Source: Xylanimonas sp. McL0601
GTDB taxonomy: Bacteria > Actinomycetota > Actinomycetes > Actinomycetales > Cellulomonadaceae
Reading direction: 5' to 3'
NCBI RefSeq assembly: GCF_049852175.1
Contig: NZ_CP187527.1
Span: 181,104 to 245,103 of the forward strand
Length of the DNA: 64,000 nt
Part shown: positions 50,610 through 61,380 of the stretch, one piece after another
How positions within the stretch are numbered: position 1 is the first letter of the stretch
Layout of the letters: each line of letters starts with the position of its first letter
Program-made: the position numbers and the translations under genes
The notes under the pieces: generated by a model
Told to the model about the DNA's origin: nothing
Databases searched by the model: none
Seen by the model: the letters and a program-made list of their open reading frames with translations, nothing else

Positions 50610-52022
50610 CTAGCCGCGGTGCTGCTGCCGGATGCGGCTCGTCAGCTCGGTCACCTGGTTGTAGGTCGAGCGACGCTCCGCCATCTGGCCGGCGATCTTC
50701 TTGTTGGCGTGCATGACCGTCGTGTGGTCGCGGCCGCCGAACTGCTGGCCGATCTTCGGCAGCGAGAGGTCGGTCAGCTCCCGGCACAGGTACATCGCGA
50801 TCTGCCGGGCAGTGACGAGGACGCGGGAGCGCGAGCTGCCGCACAGGTCCTCGATCGTCAGCCCGAAGTACGCGGCCGTCTGGGCGATGACCATGGCCGG
50901 CGTGACCTCGGCGGGGTCGTCGTCGATGATCAGGTCGCGCAGGACGATCTCGGCGAGCGGAAGGTCGACCAGCTGGCGGTTGAGGTTCGCGAACGCCGTC
51001 ACGCGGATCAGGGCGCCCTCGAGCTCGCGGATGTTGGTCGAGATGCGCGACCCGATGTAGCTGAGCACGTCCTGCGGCACGTCGAGCTTCTCGCTCGCGG
51101 CCTTCTTGCGGAGGATCGCGATACGGGTCTCGAGGTCGGGCGGCTGGACGTCCGTGATGAGGCCCCACTCGAACCGGGAGCGCAGCCGGTCCTCGAACCC
51201 GTTGAGCTGCTTGGGCGGGACGTCGGACGTGATCACGACCTGCTTGTTGGCGTTGTGCAGCGCGTTGAACGTGTGGAAGAACTCCTCCATCGTCTGTTCC
51301 TTGCCCTGCAGGAACTGGATGTCGTCGATGAGCAGGACGTCGACGTCGCGGTACCGCCGCTGGAACGCACCCTGCTTGTTGTCGCCGATGCTGTTGATGA
51401 AGTCGTTGGTGAACTCCTCGGAGTTCACGTACCGCACGCGGACGTGTGGATAGAGGTTGTGGGCGTAGTGCCCGATGGCATGCAGCAGGTGGGTCTTCCC
51501 CAGGCCCGAGTCGCCGTAGATGAAGAGCGGGTTGTACGCCTTGGCCGGCGCCTCGGCGACGGCGACTGCCGCCGCGTGCGCGAACCGGTTGGACGACCCG
51601 ATGACGAAGCTCTCGAAGACGTAGCGCGGGTTGAGCCGCGTCGGCTCGGCCGACGGGCGCGGCGACGGCGGCAGGTTCAGGACTGGCTGGACGGCCGGAG
51701 TGTCGTCCTCGTCCTCCGGCTCGATGTAGTCCTGCGTCGGGCCGGTGAGGCTCTCCGCGCTGAGCTCCGGGTCCACGGTGATCCCGAAGCGCACGTCATA
51801 GCCGAGCACCGACGACATCGCGGAGATGAGCTGATCACGCACGCTGGTCTCGAGGTAGGTGCGAGTCTGCTCGTGCGGGACGGCGATGAACGCGGTGCCG
51901 TTGACCACCGCCATGGGCTTCGCGAGGCGGACGAACGCAAGCTGGCGCGCGGTCATGTCGGGCCGCTGCTCGAGCACGTCGAGCGTCTGCGACCAGACCT
52001 TGTTGATGTCCTCGTCCGGCAC
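50610..52022 (-). CDS. dnaA: chromosomal replication initiator DnaA
   Basis: AAA+ Walker [12 protein letters not shown], box VII, C-terminal DNA-binding domain. GTG 52022 with GAAGGAG RBS; the ORF's 68-codon 5' extension was discarded. Confidence 0.9.
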   Translation of the reverse strand: MPDEDINKVWSQTLDVLEQRPDMTARQLAFVRLAKPMAVVNGTAFIAVPHEQTRTYLETSVRDQLISAMSSVLGYDVRFGITVDPELSAESLTGPTQDYIEPEDEDDTPAVQPVLNLPPSPRPSAEPTRLNPRYVFESFVIGSSNRFAHAAAVAVAEAPAKAYNPLFIYGDSGLGKTHLLHAIGHYAHNLYPHVRVRYVNSEEFTNDFINSIGDNKQGAFQRRYRDVDVLLIDDIQFLQGKEQTMEEFFHTFNALHNANKQVVITSDVPPKQLNGFEDRLRSRFEWGLITDVQPPDLETRIAILRKKAASEKLDVPQDVLSYIGSRISTNIRELEGALIRVTAFANLNRQLVDLPLAEIVLRDLIIDDDPAEVTPAMVIAQTAAYFGLTIEDLCGSSRSRVLVTARQIAMYLCRELTDLSLPKIGQQFGGRDHTTVMHANKKIAGQMAERRSTYNQVTELTSRIRQQHRG

Positions 52023-52149
52023 CGGGGCGCTCCTTCTCTCGCGTATTCGTGTCTCGTGAGCCTGCTCGTGCCCCCGTGCGCACGAGCAGGCCTCGAGTTG
52101 CGCATGAGAGGTGAGAACTGGGAGTGTGTCACGCCGCGAGCCGCCGCAC

Positions 52150-52215
52150 ATACCCACTGTCCACAATGTTCTCCACAACCTGTGGAACCTGTGGAGCGTG
52201 TTGTGGGAAGCCACG
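52150..52215. promoter_or_regulatory. dnaA promoter-region DnaA boxes
   Basis: ctgtccacaatgttctccacaacctgtggaacctgtggagcgtgttgtggg: five box-like elements in 66 bp. Confidence 0.6.
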
Positions 52216-52472
52216 TATTCGTTCAACGGGCGGACCGTGTGGTGAGAGTCTCCTGCGTGCGGGCACCGTGGGGTTTGACCACCGAGGGTCGCGCCACGTA
52301 GCGTTGGACAGCCGTTCCGGGTATTTTTGCGCGCCTACTTCCCGAGGCGTGGTTCCTGGAGCGGTACGGTCGGTCCTCCGTCCGGACACCAGGTCCGGGC
52401 ACCCGGCCTGGACCAGCATCGTCGACCCCCGTCGGGCGGCATGCCCCGACCCGACGTCATCAGGAGCATCTC

Positions 52473-52610
52473 GTGAGCAAGCGGACCTTCCAGCCGAACA
52501 ACCGTCGTCGCGCGAAGACCCACGGCTTCCGGCTGCGCATGCGCACCCGCGCCGGCCGCGCAATCCTCGCTGCGCGCCGCCGCAAGGGCCGCGCCGAGCT
52601 GTCTGCCTGA
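52473..52610 (+). CDS. rpmH: 50S ribosomal protein L34
   Basis: Translates to [45 protein letters not shown]; CAGGAG RBS. Not in the ORF track (under 60 aa). Confidence 0.85.
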   Translation: MSKRTFQPNNRRRAKTHGFRLRMRTRAGRAILAARRRKGRAELSA

Positions 52611-52620
52611 CGACCCTCAC

Positions 52621-52998
52621 GTGCTGCCCTCGACGCACCGGTTGCGTCGTCCCGCCGAGTTCGGGCGGACGGTGCGCCGGGGCGCGCGTGCTGGACGATC
52701 GACCGTGGTGGTGCATCTCCTTGTGGACAACGAGGGGGCTGCCGCACCACAGGTCGGTTTTGTCGTATCCAAGGCTGTGGGAAACGCCGTGCAGCGAAAC
52801 CTGGTGAAGCGCCGACTCCGCGAGATCGTGCGATCCCTCGTTGCTGAGCCCGGAAGCCCTTCGTTCCCTGAGCGTTCGCGCGCCGTCGTGCGCGCATTGC
52901 CGGCGTCGTCGACGGCGACGTTCGCCGAGCTCGGACGCGACGTCGACGCCGCGCTCGAGAAGGCCGCCCATCGGGCGACGTCGATGAGGCCGGCATGA
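52621..52998 (+). CDS. rnpA: ribonuclease P protein component
   Basis: Basic 125-aa protein, conserved RNR-like motif ([21 protein letters not shown]). Confidence 0.8.
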   Translation: MLPSTHRLRRPAEFGRTVRRGARAGRSTVVVHLLVDNEGAAAPQVGFVVSKAVGNAVQRNLVKRRLREIVRSLVAEPGSPSFPERSRAVVRALPASSTATFAELGRDVDAALEKAAHRATSMRPA

Positions 52999-53324
52999 AG
53001 CTCGAGAGTCTTCGTGGCATCCCCGCCAGCGTGCTGGTGGGGATGATCCGCGTCTACCAGGTCGTGATCTCCCCGATGACCGGGCCGACCTGCAAGTACT
53101 ACCCGTCCTGCTCCCACTACGCCGTCCAGGCGATCCGCACGCACGGTGCGCTGCGGGGGACAGGGCTGGCGCTCTGGCGCATCCTGCGCTGCAACCCGTG
53201 GAGCCTCGGCGGCGTGGACGACGTCCCGCCCGCCAGACCGCGCCGACACACCCTGACCAGGGACGACGTCGCGGCCGCAGCAGGCGCCCAGGCTGACGCA
53301 GCGACGCACGCGCACCAGCACTGA
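52995..53324 (+). CDS. yidD: membrane protein insertion efficiency factor YidD
   Basis: [31 protein letters not shown] signature. Confidence 0.8.
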   Translation: MKLESLRGIPASVLVGMIRVYQVVISPMTGPTCKYYPSCSHYAVQAIRTHGALRGTGLALWRILRCNPWSLGGVDDVPPARPRRHTLTRDDVAAAAGAQADAATHAHQH

Positions 53325-53385
53325 ACCCCCCGGCCCGCGCCCCGGGTCCCCAGATTTCTGACGAGCCCAAGGAGACACGACCGTT

Positions 53386-54330
53386 ATGGACGGGCTATTC
53401 ACACTGCTCTACCCCATCGAGTGGGTAGTTGCCTGGATCATGACCGGGGCCCACTGGGTCTTCGCGAACCTCGGGTTCGGCGAGGGCCCCGGCGGCGCGT
53501 GGGTGATCGCCATCGTCATGCTGACCGTGGTCATCCGGGTCGCGCTGATCCCGCTCTTCGTCAAGCAGATCAAGGCCTCGCGCGGCATGCAGCTCATGCA
53601 GCCCGAGCTGCAGGCGGTGCAGAAGAAGTACAAGGGGAAGACGGACCCGGCGTCTCGCGAGGCGATGACCCGCGAGACGATGGACCTCTACAAGAAGCAC
53701 GGGACGAACCCGTTCGCGTCCTGCCTCCCGATCCTGCTGCAGTCACCGATCTTCTTCGCGCTGTTCCGCGTGCTCAACAGTCTGGGCAAGATCTCGTCGG
53801 GCGATCTCTCGGCCATCGGGCCGATCGACCAGAGGGTCGCGCACGACATCGAGAACTCGACGTTCTTCGGTGCGCGCCTCTCAGAGGTCTTCCTCCAGAC
53901 CGACAGCCTCCAGGCTCGCATCGTCATCATCGTGCTCATCGCCGCGATGTCCGTGACGACGTTCACGACGCAGCGCCAGCTCACGATGAAGAACATGCCG
54001 AAGGCCGCGCTCGAGGGCCCGATGGCGAGCACGCAGAAGATGATGCTCTACGTGCTCCCGCTGATCTTCGCGGTCTCCGGCGTGAACTTCCCGGTCGGTG
54101 TGCTCATCTACTGGACCGTCACCAACCTGTGGTCGATGGGGCAGCAGTACTACACCATCAAGCGCATGCCGGCGCCGGGCTCGGAGGCCGAACGCCTCTA
54201 CAACGAGCGCAAGGCCCGCAAGCTCGCCGCGAAGGGGATCGCTCCCGAGGCAGTCGCCGAGCTCGAGGGGCCGAAGGCAACCGGCCAGCGCGTGCAGCCG
54301 CAGCGCAAGAACCGCAAGAAGAAGGGCTGA
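53386..54330 (+). CDS. yidC: membrane protein insertase YidC
   Basis: YidC/Oxa1 core TMs and conserved positive C-tail. Confidence 0.85.
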   Translation: MDGLFTLLYPIEWVVAWIMTGAHWVFANLGFGEGPGGAWVIAIVMLTVVIRVALIPLFVKQIKASRGMQLMQPELQAVQKKYKGKTDPASREAMTRETMDLYKKHGTNPFASCLPILLQSPIFFALFRVLNSLGKISSGDLSAIGPIDQRVAHDIENSTFFGARLSEVFLQTDSLQARIVIIVLIAAMSVTTFTTQRQLTMKNMPKAALEGPMASTQKMMLYVLPLIFAVSGVNFPVGVLIYWTVTNLWSMGQQYYTIKRMPAPGSEAERLYNERKARKLAAKGIAPEAVAELEGPKATGQRVQPQRKNRKKKG

Positions 54331-54336
54331 CCGGCC

Positions 54337-54843
54337 ATGACGAACCCCACGCCGGAAAACGGGCTCGACCGCACCTCGCAGCTCGAGGAGGAGGGCGAGA
54401 TCGCTGCCGACTACCTCGAGGAGCTGCTCGACATTGCTGACCTCGACGGTGACATCGACATCGACGTCCGTCACGGACGCGCTGCCGTCGAGATCGTCGC
54501 CGAGGACAAGGGCTCGCTGAAGCACCTGGTCGGGCGCGACGGTGAGGTGCTCGAGGCCCTCCAGGACCTCACCCGTCTCGCTGTCCAGGCCCGGACGGGC
54601 GAGCGAAGCCGGCTCATGCTGGACGTCGCAGGCTTTCGCGCGCAGCGCCGTACCGAGCTGACTGAGATTGCCGAGAAGGCAGTGGCTCAGGTCAAGGAGT
54701 CGGGTTCGGAGGTCGCGCTCGACCCGCTGAACGCTTTCGAGCGCAAGGTCGTGCACGATGTCGTTGCCGCTGCAGGCCTGGCGAGTGACTCTCGGGGCGT
54801 CGAGCCCCAGCGGTATGTCGTGGTCCAGCCCGCCAGTGAGTGA
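54337..54843 (+). CDS. jag: Jag/KhpB RNA-binding protein (KH plus R3H)
   Basis: Acidic N-terminus, KH-like and R3H (LNAFERKVVHDVVAA) motifs. Confidence 0.75.
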   Translation: MTNPTPENGLDRTSQLEEEGEIAADYLEELLDIADLDGDIDIDVRHGRAAVEIVAEDKGSLKHLVGRDGEVLEALQDLTRLAVQARTGERSRLMLDVAGFRAQRRTELTEIAEKAVAQVKESGSEVALDPLNAFERKVVHDVVAAAGLASDSRGVEPQRYVVVQPASE

Positions 54844-54854
54844 CGTCGCGACGA

Positions 54855-54870
54855 CGTTTCACGTGAAACA
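54855..54870. promoter_or_regulatory. parS site 1 (cGTTTCACGTGAAACa)
   Basis: Match to the canonical tGTTTCACGTGAAACa parS palindrome. Confidence 0.75.
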
Positions 54871-54890
54871 CGACGGGCGGTGATCGCGAG

Positions 54891-55598
54891 GTGAGTGACG
54901 AGGACGTGCGCGGCAGGGCACAGCGCGCCGAGGCCGGGCTCGATGCCGACAGCGTGGTGGACGACGCGGCGGATCGTGCGCTCGGCGACAGTGCTCCTGT
55001 GCGGGCGTACTTCGCGGAGGCGTACGACCAGGTCGCGGGTTTCGGCGAGCTCCTGCGCGAGCAAGGCGAGCTGCGCGGGCTGATAGGGCCGCGTGAGGTC
55101 TCCCGGCTGTGGGAACGACACCTGCTCAACTCCGCCGCGGTGGTGCCGTACCTGCCGGAGTCGGGCGTCCTGGTCGACGTCGGGTCGGGTGCCGGTCTCC
55201 CCGGGATCGTCGTCGCGATGATGCGACCTCGTCTCGAGGTGGCACTGATCGAGCCGATGGAGCGCAGGACGACGTGGCTCGACGAGATTGTGGATCGCTA
55301 CGGTCTCTCCAACGTGCAGGTCAAGCGGGGCCGCGCCGAGGAGTTTCACGGCGCCTTCGAGGCGGACGTGGTGACATCGCGTGCTGTGGCTAACCTGGCG
55401 AAGCTTGCGCGCATGAGCATGCCGTTGCTGCGCAAGGGTGGCGAGATGGTGGTGCTGAAGGGCCGCAACGTCGTTCAGGAGATCGACCCTGCGCGGAAGA
55501 CCCTGCGATCCTTCAAGGCGACCGAGCCAGAGATTCTCTCAGGGACGACGGTCGACGGGGTGGAACCCACCACGATTCTGCGGGTCCGCCGCGGCTAG
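54891..55598 (+). CDS. rsmG: 16S rRNA (guanine527-N7)-methyltransferase
   Basis: SAM motif VDVGSGAGLPG, GidB family. Confidence 0.8.
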   Translation: MSDEDVRGRAQRAEAGLDADSVVDDAADRALGDSAPVRAYFAEAYDQVAGFGELLREQGELRGLIGPREVSRLWERHLLNSAAVVPYLPESGVLVDVGSGAGLPGIVVAMMRPRLEVALIEPMERRTTWLDEIVDRYGLSNVQVKRGRAEEFHGAFEADVVTSRAVANLAKLARMSMPLLRKGGEMVVLKGRNVVQEIDPARKTLRSFKATEPEILSGTTVDGVEPTTILRVRRG

Positions 55599-55642
55599 AC
55601 GCACAGCGACGCCGCGTTCTGACACGCGCCACACAGCCCGGC

Positions 55643-55669
55643 AAGGCCCTGCCCCGATGGCAGGGCCTT
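55643..55669. terminator. hairpin AAGGCCCTGCC-ccgat-GGCAGGGCCTT after rsmG
   Basis: 11-bp perfect stem, immediately followed by parS site 2. Confidence 0.6.
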
Positions 55670-55673
55670 CCGT

Positions 55674-55689
55674 GTTTCACGTGAAACAC
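55674..55689. promoter_or_regulatory. parS site 2 (TGTTTCACGTGAAACA, perfect)
   Basis: Perfect 16-mer. Confidence 0.8.
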
Positions 55690-55851
55690 CGTGGCGTCGC
55701 GACTCTGTCCACAGCGGAGTGGATTCCCGTGCGCCGCCGGTGCGAGGCCGTAGGCTGTGCGCGTGGCTGTGGCGCAACGCCGTAGATGCGCCCCTGACGT
55801 GCACGAACGGTCCCGCAGCCGAGATCGCCATCGACGAGAAGGACGTAGAGC

Positions 55852-57150
55852 ATGGGATCCGAGGAGCGCAGGTGGCCGTGGAATCGCGTGACCTCGCACC
55901 CTGCCGCTGACGGACAGTCAGAGGCGATCGACGGCGAGCCCGTGACCGACGTGATCCCCACAGACGGTCCCGGCGACCCTCGCGACCCTCGCGACCCTCG
56001 CGACTCTCGCGCCGCCGAGGTCAGCGAGCCGCAGAGCTGGCCTGGATTTGGAACGGTGACACCGACTGCACCCGTCGTTCCAGCGACGCCGGTGGGCGCG
56101 CTGTCCGTGAAGGCCAGCGCGGTCGACCCCGGCGAGCCGTCGGTGCCCGCGCGCACGGAGGCCAACGACCTCGAAACTGCGGGGGAGTGGGCGGAGAGCC
56201 GAGACGGGCATCGTGCCGCTCTGATCGACAACATTCCGGTGGTCGATGATGAGACGCCACTCGCTGCGCAGCTCGCTTTCGATGCTCGTCGTCGGATCGA
56301 CCTTCAAGGCCGAAGGTTCCCGCGCCCGGACCGCACGCGCATCCTGACGGTGGCGAACCAGAAGGGTGGCGTCGGCAAGACGACGACAACCGTGAATCTG
56401 GCCGCCGGCCTCGCTCAGGCCGGTCTGAACGTCCTCGTCATTGACAACGACCCGCAGGGCAACGCGTCGACCGCTCTGGGGATCGAGCACCGGGCCGGAA
56501 CGCAGTCGATCTACGAGGTTCTCGTCGACGACGCGCCGCTGGCATCCGCGGTCCAGGCCTGCCCTGACGTCCCCGGCCTGTGGGCCGTGCCGGCCACGAT
56601 CGATCTCTCTGGGGCGGAGATCGAGCTTGTCTCGCTGGTTTCACGTGAAACACGACTCCGCCGAGCGGTCGACCAGTACCTCGCCGATCGGGTGGCGAAC
56701 GGCGAGGAGCGGATCGACTACGTACTCGTCGATTGCCCTCCGAGTCTCGGGCTGCTCACCGTGAATGCCTTTGTCGTTGGTCGCGAAGTGCTCATCCCGA
56801 TCCAGTGCGAGTACTACGCGCTCGAGGGCTTGAGCCAGCTGCTGAAGACGATCGAGCTCATCAAGGCGCACCTCAATCCGGAACTGACGGTCTCGACCAT
56901 CCTGCTGACGATGTACGACGGGCGCACGAACCTCGCACAGCAGGTCGCCGAGGAGGTCCGGACGCACTTCCCGGCGCAGACGCTCAAGACGAGCGTGCCA
57001 AGGTCGGTCCGCATCTCCGAAGCGCCCAGCCACGGGCAGACGGTGATGACCTACGACCCGACCTCGACGGGTGCACTTGCCTATCTTGAGGCTGCACGCG
57101 AACTGTCCGAACGGTTCGTTCAACGCGCTGACCTGCAGGAACGCGCGTAG
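55852..57150 (+). CDS. parA: chromosome partitioning ATPase ParA/Soj with N-terminal extension
   Basis: Deviant Walker A KGGVGKTTTTVNLA, ParA fold; about 150-aa acidic/Pro-rich N-terminal extension. Confidence 0.85.
   Translation: MGSEERRWPWNRVTSHPAADGQSEAIDGEPVTDVIPTDGPGDPRDPRDPRDSRAAEVSEPQSWPGFGTVTPTAPVVPATPVGALSVKASAVDPGEPSVPARTEANDLETAGEWAESRDGHRAALIDNIPVVDDETPLAAQLAFDARRRIDLQGRRFPRPDRTRILTVANQKGGVGKTTTTVNLAAGLAQAGLNVLVIDNDPQGNASTALGIEHRAGTQSIYEVLVDDAPLASAVQACPDVPGLWAVPATIDLSGAEIELVSLVSRETRLRRAVDQYLADRVANGEERIDYVLVDCPPSLGLLTVNAFVVGREVLIPIQCEYYALEGLSQLLKTIELIKAHLNPELTVSTILLTMYDGRTNLAQQVAEEVRTHFPAQTLKTSVPRSVRISEAPSHGQTVMTYDPTSTGALAYLEAARELSERFVQRADLQERA
56637..56652. promoter_or_regulatory. 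parS site 3 (gGTTTCACGTGAAACA) inside parA
   Basis: 15/16 match. Confidence 0.65.
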
Positions 57151-57282
57151 CCTCGAGGGAAAGACACACGCGAGCGGGGTTCCCGCGAGGCGTTCCGACC
57201 GTCGGCCGAGAGGCCTTGAAGGGCGCCGGAGGCGATCGACGATGAGGTTGACAGAGTTGTGGAGCGAGACGAAGGAGCGGCC

Positions 57283-58752
57283 ATGAGTGCTCAGAAGAAG
57301 CGGGGGTTGGGGCGCGGACTCGGCGCGCTGATTCCTTCAGGTCCCGAGGGCGAGCGTCCGGTCGATGTCTTCTTCCCTGCTGTCGATAGGGCAGACGCCC
57401 GGGACGCCGGGCAGTCGAGCGACGCGTCTGAGGTCGACGCCGGCAGTGCCGACGACGTGGGCAAGGGCGCAGCTTCGAGTGCGCGCTCGACGTCGTGGGA
57501 CGCGGCCATGTCGAGCGGGCGGCTGGCGATCCGCACCGGCGGGGCGGCTCGTCCGGCACTTGCGATGGGCAACATGGACGAGGCCACCGCTGACGACGAG
57601 CCGGATCGCGTCGCGCTCGCCCTGGCCGACCTCCCCGACTCGGACGACGTTGGCACGGCCGTGCTGGCAGCGAGCGAAGTCGACCCTGCGGAGATCGGGG
57701 TCGTCACTAGACCTGTCGCGCCGGCGGGCGATGGCCTCGCGACGGTGACCCCGATCGCTTCGGTGCGCGTGCCCCACGACGCGCTTGCCAGCAGGGGAGC
57801 GACAGACGCTGCGGTCGATGCAGCCTTCGCCCAGCTTGGCGCCGACACTGTTTCACGTGAAACGGCGCCCGATGCTGTGCGCCTGTTTGACGACGAGCTG
57901 ATCGCTGCCGACGAGCTGTTGCCCGTTCCGGGTGCGTGGTTCGCCGAGCTTCCGGTCGCGGCGATCAGGCCGAACACGTGGCAGCCCCGCACCGTCTTCG
58001 ATGAGGCCGAGCTCGACGAGCTGGTCGACTCGATCAAGGAGATCGGTGTCCTCCAGCCGATCGTTGTGCGGCCCGACCGGAACAGTGACGGGCAGTACGA
58101 ACTGATCATGGGCGAGCGCCGCTGGCGCGCCACTGAGCTCGCCGGCCTCGACACGATTCCCGCAATCATTCGCGAGACCGACGACGCGGACATGCTTCGC
58201 GACGCTCTCCTCGAGAACCTGCACCGAGCCCAGCTGAACCCGCTCGAGGAGGCAGCCGCCTACCGGCAGCTGCTCGACGACTTCGGATGCACGCACGAGG
58301 AGCTCGCGAGTCGGATCGCGCGGAGCCGCCCGCAGATCTCGAACACGCTGCGCCTGCTCAAACTGCCTCCGCTGGTGCAGCGACGTGTCGCCGCGGGCAT
58401 TCTGTCGGCAGGGCACGCGCGCGCCCTGCTCAGCCTCTCTGACGGCGCGGAGATCGAACGGCTCGCGCAGAGGATCGTGTCGGAGGGTCTGTCGGTCCGG
58501 GCGACCGAGGAGATCGTCACGCTGATCGCGTCCGGTGGCGAAGACAACCGCCGACGTGCGCCGCGTGCAGGGCAGCGAAGCGTGGCGGTCGAGGATCTGG
58601 CCGGCCGCCTTTCGGACCTGTTTGAGACCCGGGTCAAGGTGCAGGTTGGCAAGTCGAAGGGTCGGCTGACGGTCGAGTTCGCGTCTGTCGAGGACCTCAA
58701 CCGGATCCTCTCAGTGATGGCGCCGGAGGATCCTGGACTCCTGAAGTCGTAG
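57283..58752 (+). CDS. parB: chromosome partitioning protein ParB
   Basis: ParB box GERRWRA, HTH, long low-complexity N-terminal region. ATG 57283 with GAAGGAG RBS. Confidence 0.85.
   Translation: MSAQKKRGLGRGLGALIPSGPEGERPVDVFFPAVDRADARDAGQSSDASEVDAGSADDVGKGAASSARSTSWDAAMSSGRLAIRTGGAARPALAMGNMDEATADDEPDRVALALADLPDSDDVGTAVLAASEVDPAEIGVVTRPVAPAGDGLATVTPIASVRVPHDALASRGATDAAVDAAFAQLGADTVSRETAPDAVRLFDDELIAADELLPVPGAWFAELPVAAIRPNTWQPRTVFDEAELDELVDSIKEIGVLQPIVVRPDRNSDGQYELIMGERRWRATELAGLDTIPAIIRETDDADMLRDALLENLHRAQLNPLEEAAAYRQLLDDFGCTHEELASRIARSRPQISNTLRLLKLPPLVQRRVAAGILSAGHARALLSLSDGAEIERLAQRIVSEGLSVRATEEIVTLIASGGEDNRRRAPRAGQRSVAVEDLAGRLSDLFETRVKVQVGKSKGRLTVEFASVEDLNRILSVMAPEDPGLLKS
57849..57864. 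promoter_or_regulatory. parS site 4 (TGTTTCACGTGAAACg) inside parB
   Basis: 15/16 match. Confidence 0.65.
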
Positions 58753-58776
58753 TCGACTCCTGACCGCAAGCGCCGA

Positions 58777-58806
58777 GGGCCCCCGTTTCACGTGAAACGG
58801 GGGCCC
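58777..58806. promoter_or_regulatory. parS site 5 embedded in a 30-bp perfect palindrome GGGCCCCCGTTTCACGTGAAACGGGGGCCC (also a potential bidirectional terminator)
   Basis: Read directly; parS core extended by 8-bp GC arms between the convergent parB and ddl. Confidence 0.7.
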
Positions 58807-58838
58807 TCGGGCGTGGTCGAGCAGATCGTGGCACGCCG

Positions 58839-58854
58839 TGTTTCACGTGAAACA
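58839..58854. promoter_or_regulatory. parS site 6 (TGTTTCACGTGAAACA, perfect)
   Basis: Perfect 16-mer. Confidence 0.8.
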
Positions 58855-58864
58855 CCGGCGCTGG

Positions 58865-59920
58865 CTAGGCCGTCGGAACCACCGCGGCGGCCTCGACGAT
58901 CTGCCGGTAGAGCTTGGCCAGATCATGACCCGCAGCGGTTGCTGCCTGCGGGAACAGCGAGGTCTCCGTCATGCCCGGTGCGACGTTGACCTCGAGCACC
59001 TGAGGGGTGCCGTCTTGCTGAAGGATGAGGTCGGTCCGCGAAAGATGCCGCAGGTCAAGCGCCAGGTGCGCGGTGACGGCGACGTTCGCGACACGGTCCG
59101 CCTCGTCCTGAGTGAGGCGGGCCGGGACGAAGTACTCCACCCGGCCCGGGTTGTAACGCGCGTCGTAGTCGTATCCGCCCTCGGCGACGATCTCGACCGC
59201 CGGCAGAGCGACGGGGCCGTCCGGGCCGTCTACCACCGAGACCGCAAGCTCGACACCGTCGATGGCACGCTCAATGAGGGCATTTCCCCCGTAAGCAAAG
59301 CAATCGACCATCGCGCGCGCTAGATCCTCCGGCCGGGTGACGCGGGTGACTCCGAGCGCCGAGCCGCCTCGGGTCGGCTTGACCACCACGGGAAGACCGA
59401 AGCGCTCGACGACGATGGTCAGAACGCCCTGGGCGCCGAGGTCGCGGAACAGCTCCTGCGGGAGCGTGAGCCAGTCGGGCGTGGCCAGACCTGCGCCGAG
59501 CAGCCGTTCCTTGGCGATCGGTTTGTCCCAGGCGAGCCGGCTGGCGCGCGGACCGGTGCCGACGTAGGGGACTCCCGCCAGCTCGAGCACGTCGCGGAGC
59601 GAGCCGTCCTCGCCGCCCGCGCCGTGGAGCAACGGCCACACGACGTCGGGGCGGTGCTGGTCGAGGTAGGCGAGGAGATGCGAGTCGACGTCGTGAACGT
59701 CGACGTCGACACCCGCGGCACGCAGCGCCTCGGCGACACGGCGGCCCGAACGGAGCGACACGTCGCGCTCGTGGGAGAGCCCGCCGGCGAGCACGACGAC
59801 GCTGGGTCCGCCGCGCGCGGTGCCCCGCTCGCGCGCCGGCGCGTCCCCGAGACCCGGGGCGACGACGTCGGGTACAGCGGTGGCGGCGGGGCCGGGGGTG
59901 GACGGCATCGGGAAGGTCAT
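58865..59920 (-). CDS. ddl: D-alanine--D-alanine ligase
   Basis: ATP-grasp motifs, conserved LHGAGGEDGSLRDVLELAGVPYVG and VVKPTRGGSALGV. Confidence 0.8.
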   Translation of the reverse strand: MTFPMPSTPGPAATAVPDVVAPGLGDAPARERGTARGGPSVVVLAGGLSHERDVSLRSGRRVAEALRAAGVDVDVHDVDSHLLAYLDQHRPDVVWPLLHGAGGEDGSLRDVLELAGVPYVGTGPRASRLAWDKPIAKERLLGAGLATPDWLTLPQELFRDLGAQGVLTIVVERFGLPVVVKPTRGGSALGVTRVTRPEDLARAMVDCFAYGGNALIERAIDGVELAVSVVDGPDGPVALPAVEIVAEGGYDYDARYNPGRVEYFVPARLTQDEADRVANVAVTAHLALDLRHLSRTDLILQQDGTPQVLEVNVAPGMTETSLFPQAATAAGHDLAKLYRQIVEAAAVVPTA

Positions 59921-59976
59921 GAACGCTTCACCTGCTCGGGTCGGGGTTGGAGGTGGCGTGAGCCGCGACCTGGAGA

Positions 59977-61380
59977 TCAGGCCAGGTCAGGGGACGGATA
60001 CTCGGCATCGCGCGGGTCGTCGTCGAGCCGGGCGTGGGTACCGAAGAGCTGAACCAGGTCGGACTCCGCGTTGACCACCGAGGCCAGCCTCCGGACGCCC
60101 TCACGGATGCGGTCGGGCGTGGGGTAGCAGAACGACAGGCGCATGTGGTCGGCGCCCTGACCGTCGTAGAAGAAGGCCGTCCCGGGGACGTACGCGACGC
60201 GCTCGGTGACGGCGCGCGGAAGCATCGACCGCGCGTCGAGGCCCTCGGGCAGCTTGACCCACACGTAGAAGCCGCCGTCGGGCACGTTCCACGTGGCGGT
60301 GGGCAGGTGCTCGGCGAGCGAGCCGATCATCGCGTCGCGCCGCTCGCGGTACAGCTCGCGGTACGCCTTGATCTGTCCCTTCCAGTCGCAGGTCTCCAGG
60401 TAGGTGGTGATGGCCATCTGGGACGCGTTGGAGGGCGACAGAATCGACGATTCGCTGGCAAGGACGAGCTTTTCGCGCACCGCGTGCGGGGCGATGACCC
60501 AGCCGACGCGATAGCCGGGGGCGAACGTCTTCGAGAACGAGCCGAGGTAGAGCACGCCCTCGTCGTCGAACGCGCGCATCGCCGGGAGAGGCTCCCGGTC
60601 GAACCCGAGCAAGCCGTACGGGTTGTCCTCGACGATGAGCACGCCGAACCGCTTGCAGATCTCGAGCACTCGGCGGCGGCGCTCGAGGGTCAGCGTCACA
60701 CCGGCCGGATTGTGGTAGTTCGGGATGGTGTAGAGGAACTTGACCGTCTTGCCCGCGGCGCGAGCCTCGACGAGAGCGCGCTCGAGCGCCTCGGGCACCA
60801 AGCCGTCCGCATCCATCTCGACGTGCTCGACCTGAGCCTCATATGAGCGGAACACACCGAGGGCACCCACGTACGACGGCGCCTCGGCCAGCACGACGTC
60901 GCCCGGGTCCACGAAGATGCGCGTCACGAGGTCGAGCGCCTGCTGCGAGCCGGTGGTCACGACGACGTCGTCCGGGTGGGCGTTCGTGATGCCCTCGAGC
61001 GCGACCACCTCGAGGATCCGCTCGCGGAGCTCCTCGTCGCCCTGGCCCGAGCCGTACTGCAGCGCGGTCGCGCCCTTGGTCGTGATGAGGCGCTGCATCG
61101 CCTCGCCGATGACCTCGAGCGGGAGGCCCTGGATGAACGGCATCCCCCCGGCGAGCGAGACGACCTCGGGGCGGTTGGCCACGGAGAAGAGCGCGCGGAT
61201 CTCCGACGCACGCATCCCGTGCGCGCGCTGGGCATAAGCGCCGAACCAGGGGTCGAGCCGAGTGCCGGCGGCTGCCTCGCGCCGCCCTGCGGACGCAGGA
61301 GCACCGGTTGCCGCCGCGGCGCCGAGGCGCTGCGGCGTCGTGGGGTGCTCCGTCGTCGGATGCACGGCCTGCTCGTTCAT
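59977..61380 (-). CDS. PLP-dependent aminotransferase (class I/II fold)
   Basis: SFSKTFAPGYRVGW Lys-containing motif, NPYG...; ATG 61380 with GGAGG RBS. The ORF is open for a further 171 codons upstream (to 61893) encoding an HTH-like segment, so a longer MocR-like fusion cannot be excluded. Confidence 0.6.
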   Translation of the reverse strand: MNEQAVHPTTEHPTTPQRLGAAAATGAPASAGRREAAAGTRLDPWFGAYAQRAHGMRASEIRALFSVANRPEVVSLAGGMPFIQGLPLEVIGEAMQRLITTKGATALQYGSGQGDEELRERILEVVALEGITNAHPDDVVVTTGSQQALDLVTRIFVDPGDVVLAEAPSYVGALGVFRSYEAQVEHVEMDADGLVPEALERALVEARAAGKTVKFLYTIPNYHNPAGVTLTLERRRRVLEICKRFGVLIVEDNPYGLLGFDREPLPAMRAFDDEGVLYLGSFSKTFAPGYRVGWVIAPHAVREKLVLASESSILSPSNASQMAITTYLETCDWKGQIKAYRELYRERRDAMIGSLAEHLPTATWNVPDGGFYVWVKLPEGLDARSMLPRAVTERVAYVPGTAFFYDGQGADHMRLSFCYPTPDRIREGVRRLASVVNAESDLVQLFGTHARLDDDPRDAEYPSPDLA

